Source: a virus | Taxonomy: Duplodnaviria > Caudoviricetes | DNA: 24,735 nucleotides | IMG/VR virus record: IMGVR_UViG_3300032218_001005 | Location: 1-24,735 of that record | Direction: 5' to 3' (one strand) | Part shown: positions 22,396-24,735 of the stretch, piece by piece | Numbering within the stretch: the stretch's first letter is position 1 | Layout: each line of letters starts with the position of its first letter | Made by a program: the position numbers and the translations under genes | Notes under the pieces: generated by a model | Seen by the model: the letters and a program-made list of their open reading frames with translations, nothing else | The model's database searches: none | What the model was told of the DNA's origin: nothing

Positions 22396-23049
22396 TCACC
22401 ATGTAATGATTACTGCAAGGCCATCGCCACCAAGAGAATTGGGGGAATATCCACTGCCACAGCCTATACCACTTTTGGGTGATGCAGCGCTAACACCACA
22501 AGTGCCAACGCCAACAATAATTGGTTGCATTTGGAAAAACCCTAATCCACCTGATGGAATGGAATAACCATAATTTGCTGTAATTGGATTTGTAAATGTA
22601 CCACCACTTAAAAATGTAGTTGCAGATGCTGTTTGTCCGCTAGCATTTCCAGTTTGTCCTGCAACAGATTGAAAAAATCCCATGCAAGAAAAATTATTAG
22701 ATATGTTAGCAGTACCACCAGCAATTGATGCGCCGCCATTTGCAGTAAGCAATGTGTAGCCAGTTCCATCTTTAGATTGATAAATAACGTCAGTATTTGT
22801 TCCACTAGAACTATCCACAGCAACACCAACTGATATTCTTAATTCATCAGGTATTAAAAAAGCTGGAACCATACAATTTGTAACAGTAGCAGAACCGCCA
22901 CCATTACCAGCTCCAGTTGCACTGCCGCCTGCACCAATTAAAGTAAACCAAACAAAAGATGCGCCTTGAGGTTTTACCCAATCAGCGGTTTTGTAAAACA
23001 TTTGTATGTTTGCGCTTTGTGGCGTTGGGTATTTTATAGGATATGACAT
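22396..23049 (-). CDS. Glycine-rich domain virion protein, paralog 2
   Basis: WVKPQGASFVWFTLIGAGG...LLTANGG...TTFLSGG...QPII...GGDGLAVIITW. Confidence 0.8.
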   Translation of the reverse strand: MSYPIKYPTPQSANIQMFYKTADWVKPQGASFVWFTLIGAGGSATGAGNGGGSATVTNCMVPAFLIPDELRISVGVAVDSSSGTNTDVIYQSKDGTGYTLLTANGGASIAGGTANISNNFSCMGFFQSVAGQTGNASGQTASATTFLSGGTFTNPITANYGYSIPSGGLGFFQMQPIIVGVGTCGVSAASPKSGIGCGSGYSPNSLGGDGLAVIITW

Positions 23050-23050
23050 A

Positions 23051-23734
23051 TTACCAACTCGCTATTAAAACAAGGCCACGACCACCACCTACACCACCTG
23101 AGTTATAACCAGCGCCACAACCATATCCACCAGTTCCCGTAGCGCTACCCGATCCACCAACACCAACAATTATTGGTTGCAATTGAAAATAACCAGCCGC
23201 ATCTGGTTTAGTATTTACATATCCATAATTGCCTGTTGTTGTATTAAGAGAACCACCACTTAAAAACGTGGTTGAAGATGCGCCAGGGTCACCAGTGCTG
23301 CCATTTTGTCCAGCAACCGATTGGAAAAAACCAGTATTAGAGAATTGGTTAGCTGTCATTGCCGTTCCCCCCGTACCACCACTGGCGGCAGCAGCATTAG
23401 CTGTTAATAATGCTGTTGGAGTTGCTCCAGAATTGGAAAATCTAGCGCTTACAGTTGTGTTAACAGGCGTTCCAAATCCAAGTCCAGCAGTGATAATTAA
23501 ATTGTCAGATATGTTTTGCGCCATTCCATACCAAACAGTTACCGCACCAGAACCTCCTCCTTGTGTTGCATCACCGCCAGCACCAGCACCAATTAACATT
23601 AGGTACACATGATTTATGCCAACAGGTTTATTCCAAACTTGTTGGTTTGGGTTGGCGGCAGTGCCTGTTCCATAGAAAATTTGAACATTCGCCCCCGCTG
23701 TTCTAAACTGCTGCTGTGGCTGTTGTGGAAACAT
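23051..23734 (-). CDS. Glycine-rich domain virion protein, paralog 1
   Basis: WNKPVGINHVYLMLIGAGAGG...LLTANA...TTFLSGG...QPII...GGRGLVLIASW. Confidence 0.8.
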   Translation of the reverse strand: MFPQQPQQQFRTAGANVQIFYGTGTAANPNQQVWNKPVGINHVYLMLIGAGAGGDATQGGGSGAVTVWYGMAQNISDNLIITAGLGFGTPVNTTVSARFSNSGATPTALLTANAAAASGGTGGTAMTANQFSNTGFFQSVAGQNGSTGDPGASSTTFLSGGSLNTTTGNYGYVNTKPDAAGYFQLQPIIVGVGGSGSATGTGGYGCGAGYNSGGVGGGRGLVLIASW

Positions 23735-23737
23735 GGA

Positions 23738-23923
23738 TTAAGCCCAAGATGGTGCGGTGGCGTTATCGTTTACACAAGTGTATTCAACATTTTCACCAAC
23801 ACCTATAGGTGTTCCATCTGCACGATACACAGCAATGTAATTGCCGTTAGCATCAAGATGAGCAAAACCTTGGGTATTGTCAGAAAATTTAAGTTCAAAC
23901 CATGAATCAGTATCACGCCACAT
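23738..23923 (-). CDS. Small hypothetical tail-region protein, 61 aa
   Basis: Tightly packed between co-oriented genes; ends in PSWA. Confidence 0.7.
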   Translation of the reverse strand: MWRDTDSWFELKFSDNTQGFAHLDANGNYIAVYRADGTPIGVGENVEYTCVNDNATAPSWA

Positions 23924-23924
23924 T

Positions 23925-24374
23925 TTAGTAATCTCCTGCGATAACTACGATTGAATAACCTGATGGTGTTGTACCTGTTGATGTACCAAAAGTTACAAAC
24001 AAATATTGACCAGTTGGCAAAGCAAAATTCATTGGCAATTCAAAAACACTAGATGCAGCAGTATTTGACATTGTTACTGCTGGCAATGTTATTTCGTCAT
24101 AAAGCCAAGTTGCTGTTGTACTTGTTGTAGCGCTATTAGAAATAAACACACGACAAACAGTAGCGGCAACAGAACCAGCAGATGCAGCAACAGGGCGAAA
24201 ACGAATTTTTTGAATGTAAGAGCCGTTAGTACCTGCTGTAAAAATTTTAATTAAAGTACCAGAGCCATCAGTTGAAGTATTGGCTGTTGGGCCAGCCATC
24301 GTACCAGCATTATTGGATACAGCTGATTCAATGTGACCTGCGATGGAATAAATGGGGGATGTATTTGCTGCCAT
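23925..24374 (-). CDS. Beta-sandwich-like tail-region protein, 149 aa
   Basis: SD AAAGGT; Thr/Ser-rich alternating beta pattern; ends in AGDY. Confidence 0.75.
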   Translation of the reverse strand: MAANTSPIYSIAGHIESAVSNNAGTMAGPTANTSTDGSGTLIKIFTAGTNGSYIQKIRFRPVAASAGSVAATVCRVFISNSATTSTTATWLYDEITLPAVTMSNTAASSVFELPMNFALPTGQYLFVTFGTSTGTTPSGYSIVVIAGDY

Positions 24375-24384
24375 GATTTACCTT

Positions 24385-24693
24385 TCAAGGAAGAATGCAG
24401 TTGATTGCGATGGCCCGAACTAGGCCGATTGATGTTGTACTACCACCACCAGTTGAAGCAATGGTAATTGTTCCAGAACCATTGGTAATGGTTATGTTGC
24501 TACCAGCAGTTAAGGTATTTGCTGAATAACCAGTACCATTTCCAATTAGCAACGTACCATTGGCTTCTGAACCAGTTTGCGTCAAAAGCGTACCATTGAC
24601 AGCAGGCACATTCACGTTAAAGGTAGATGCCGTGTTAGGCCCAACCAAATTAGTTTGTCCACCTAAAGCCGCTTGAAAGACTAGTTGTCCCAT
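24385..24693 (-). CDS. Short tail-fibre-like protein, 102 aa
   Basis: SD AAGGA; fibre repeat NGTLLIGNGTGY...TLTAGSNITITNGSGTITIA. Confidence 0.75.
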   Translation of the reverse strand: MGQLVFQAALGGQTNLVGPNTASTFNVNVPAVNGTLLTQTGSEANGTLLIGNGTGYSANTLTAGSNITITNGSGTITIASTGGGSTTSIGLVRAIAINCILP

Positions 24694-24702
24694 GTTTATT
24701 CC

Positions 24703-24735
24703 TTAAGGCGCAATGATTAGCTGAGAGGCAGTCAA
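24703..24735 (-). CDS. 3' end of an upstream, probably tail-related gene (...LTASQLIIAP*)
   Basis: Open frame from the window edge to TAA at 24705-24703, which overlaps the SD of the next gene; only 10 sense codons visible. Confidence 0.45.
   Translation of the reverse strand: MTASQLIIAP

Noticed and set aside
21612-23734. Diversity-generating retroelement or invertible tail cassette
   Set aside because: No reverse transcriptase or invertase in the window, no near-identical repeat pair differing only at adenines, and all paralogs are co-oriented and diverged.
9900-23905. Numerous + strand ORFs of 60-170 aa opposite the lysis and structural genes
   Set aside because: Antisense shadows of well-supported minus-strand genes, without SDs or motifs.
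1-24735. CRISPR array, integrase/att site, IS element or genome-wide stop-codon recoding
   Set aside because: No regularly spaced repeats, no recombinase or transposase motifs seen, and genes tile densely under the standard code using all three stop codons.

Overview
This window is part of a tailed dsDNA phage genome with a P22-like podovirus virion module and a reduced lambdoid early region. A Gram-negative host is implied by the spanins; the host cannot be identified from sequence alone. Minus strand 1-3307: 5' part of the portal gene, large and small terminase, a phage GroES and several small genes. Minus strand 3372-5951: early-left recombination operon (minimal SSB-like protein, YqaJ exonuclease, ERF). 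5999-6100: divergent promoters with operator-like repeats and no cI gene. Plus strand 6101-8811: a cro-like gene missing from the ORF track, a ~380-nt apparently non-coding and highly structured region, a short replication-protein-like domain, RusA, an NrdR/Ogr-like zinc ribbon and a DUF1364-like protein. Minus strand 8772-24735: lysis cassette (M15A endolysin, Rz with embedded Rz1, extra membrane and lipoprotein genes), three ejection proteins, gp10-like and gp4-like neck proteins, and three tandem glycine-rich paralogs. The best novelty candidate is the promoter-driven, multiply pseudoknotted RNA at ~6282-6660, located where lambdoid phages have nut/put sites, cII and the origin-binding half of the initiator. 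Also notable are nested domain insertions in gp10 and a probable AUU-initiated lysis-region gene. Family calls come from motif recognition by eye and base pairings were checked by hand; no searches or folding programs were run.
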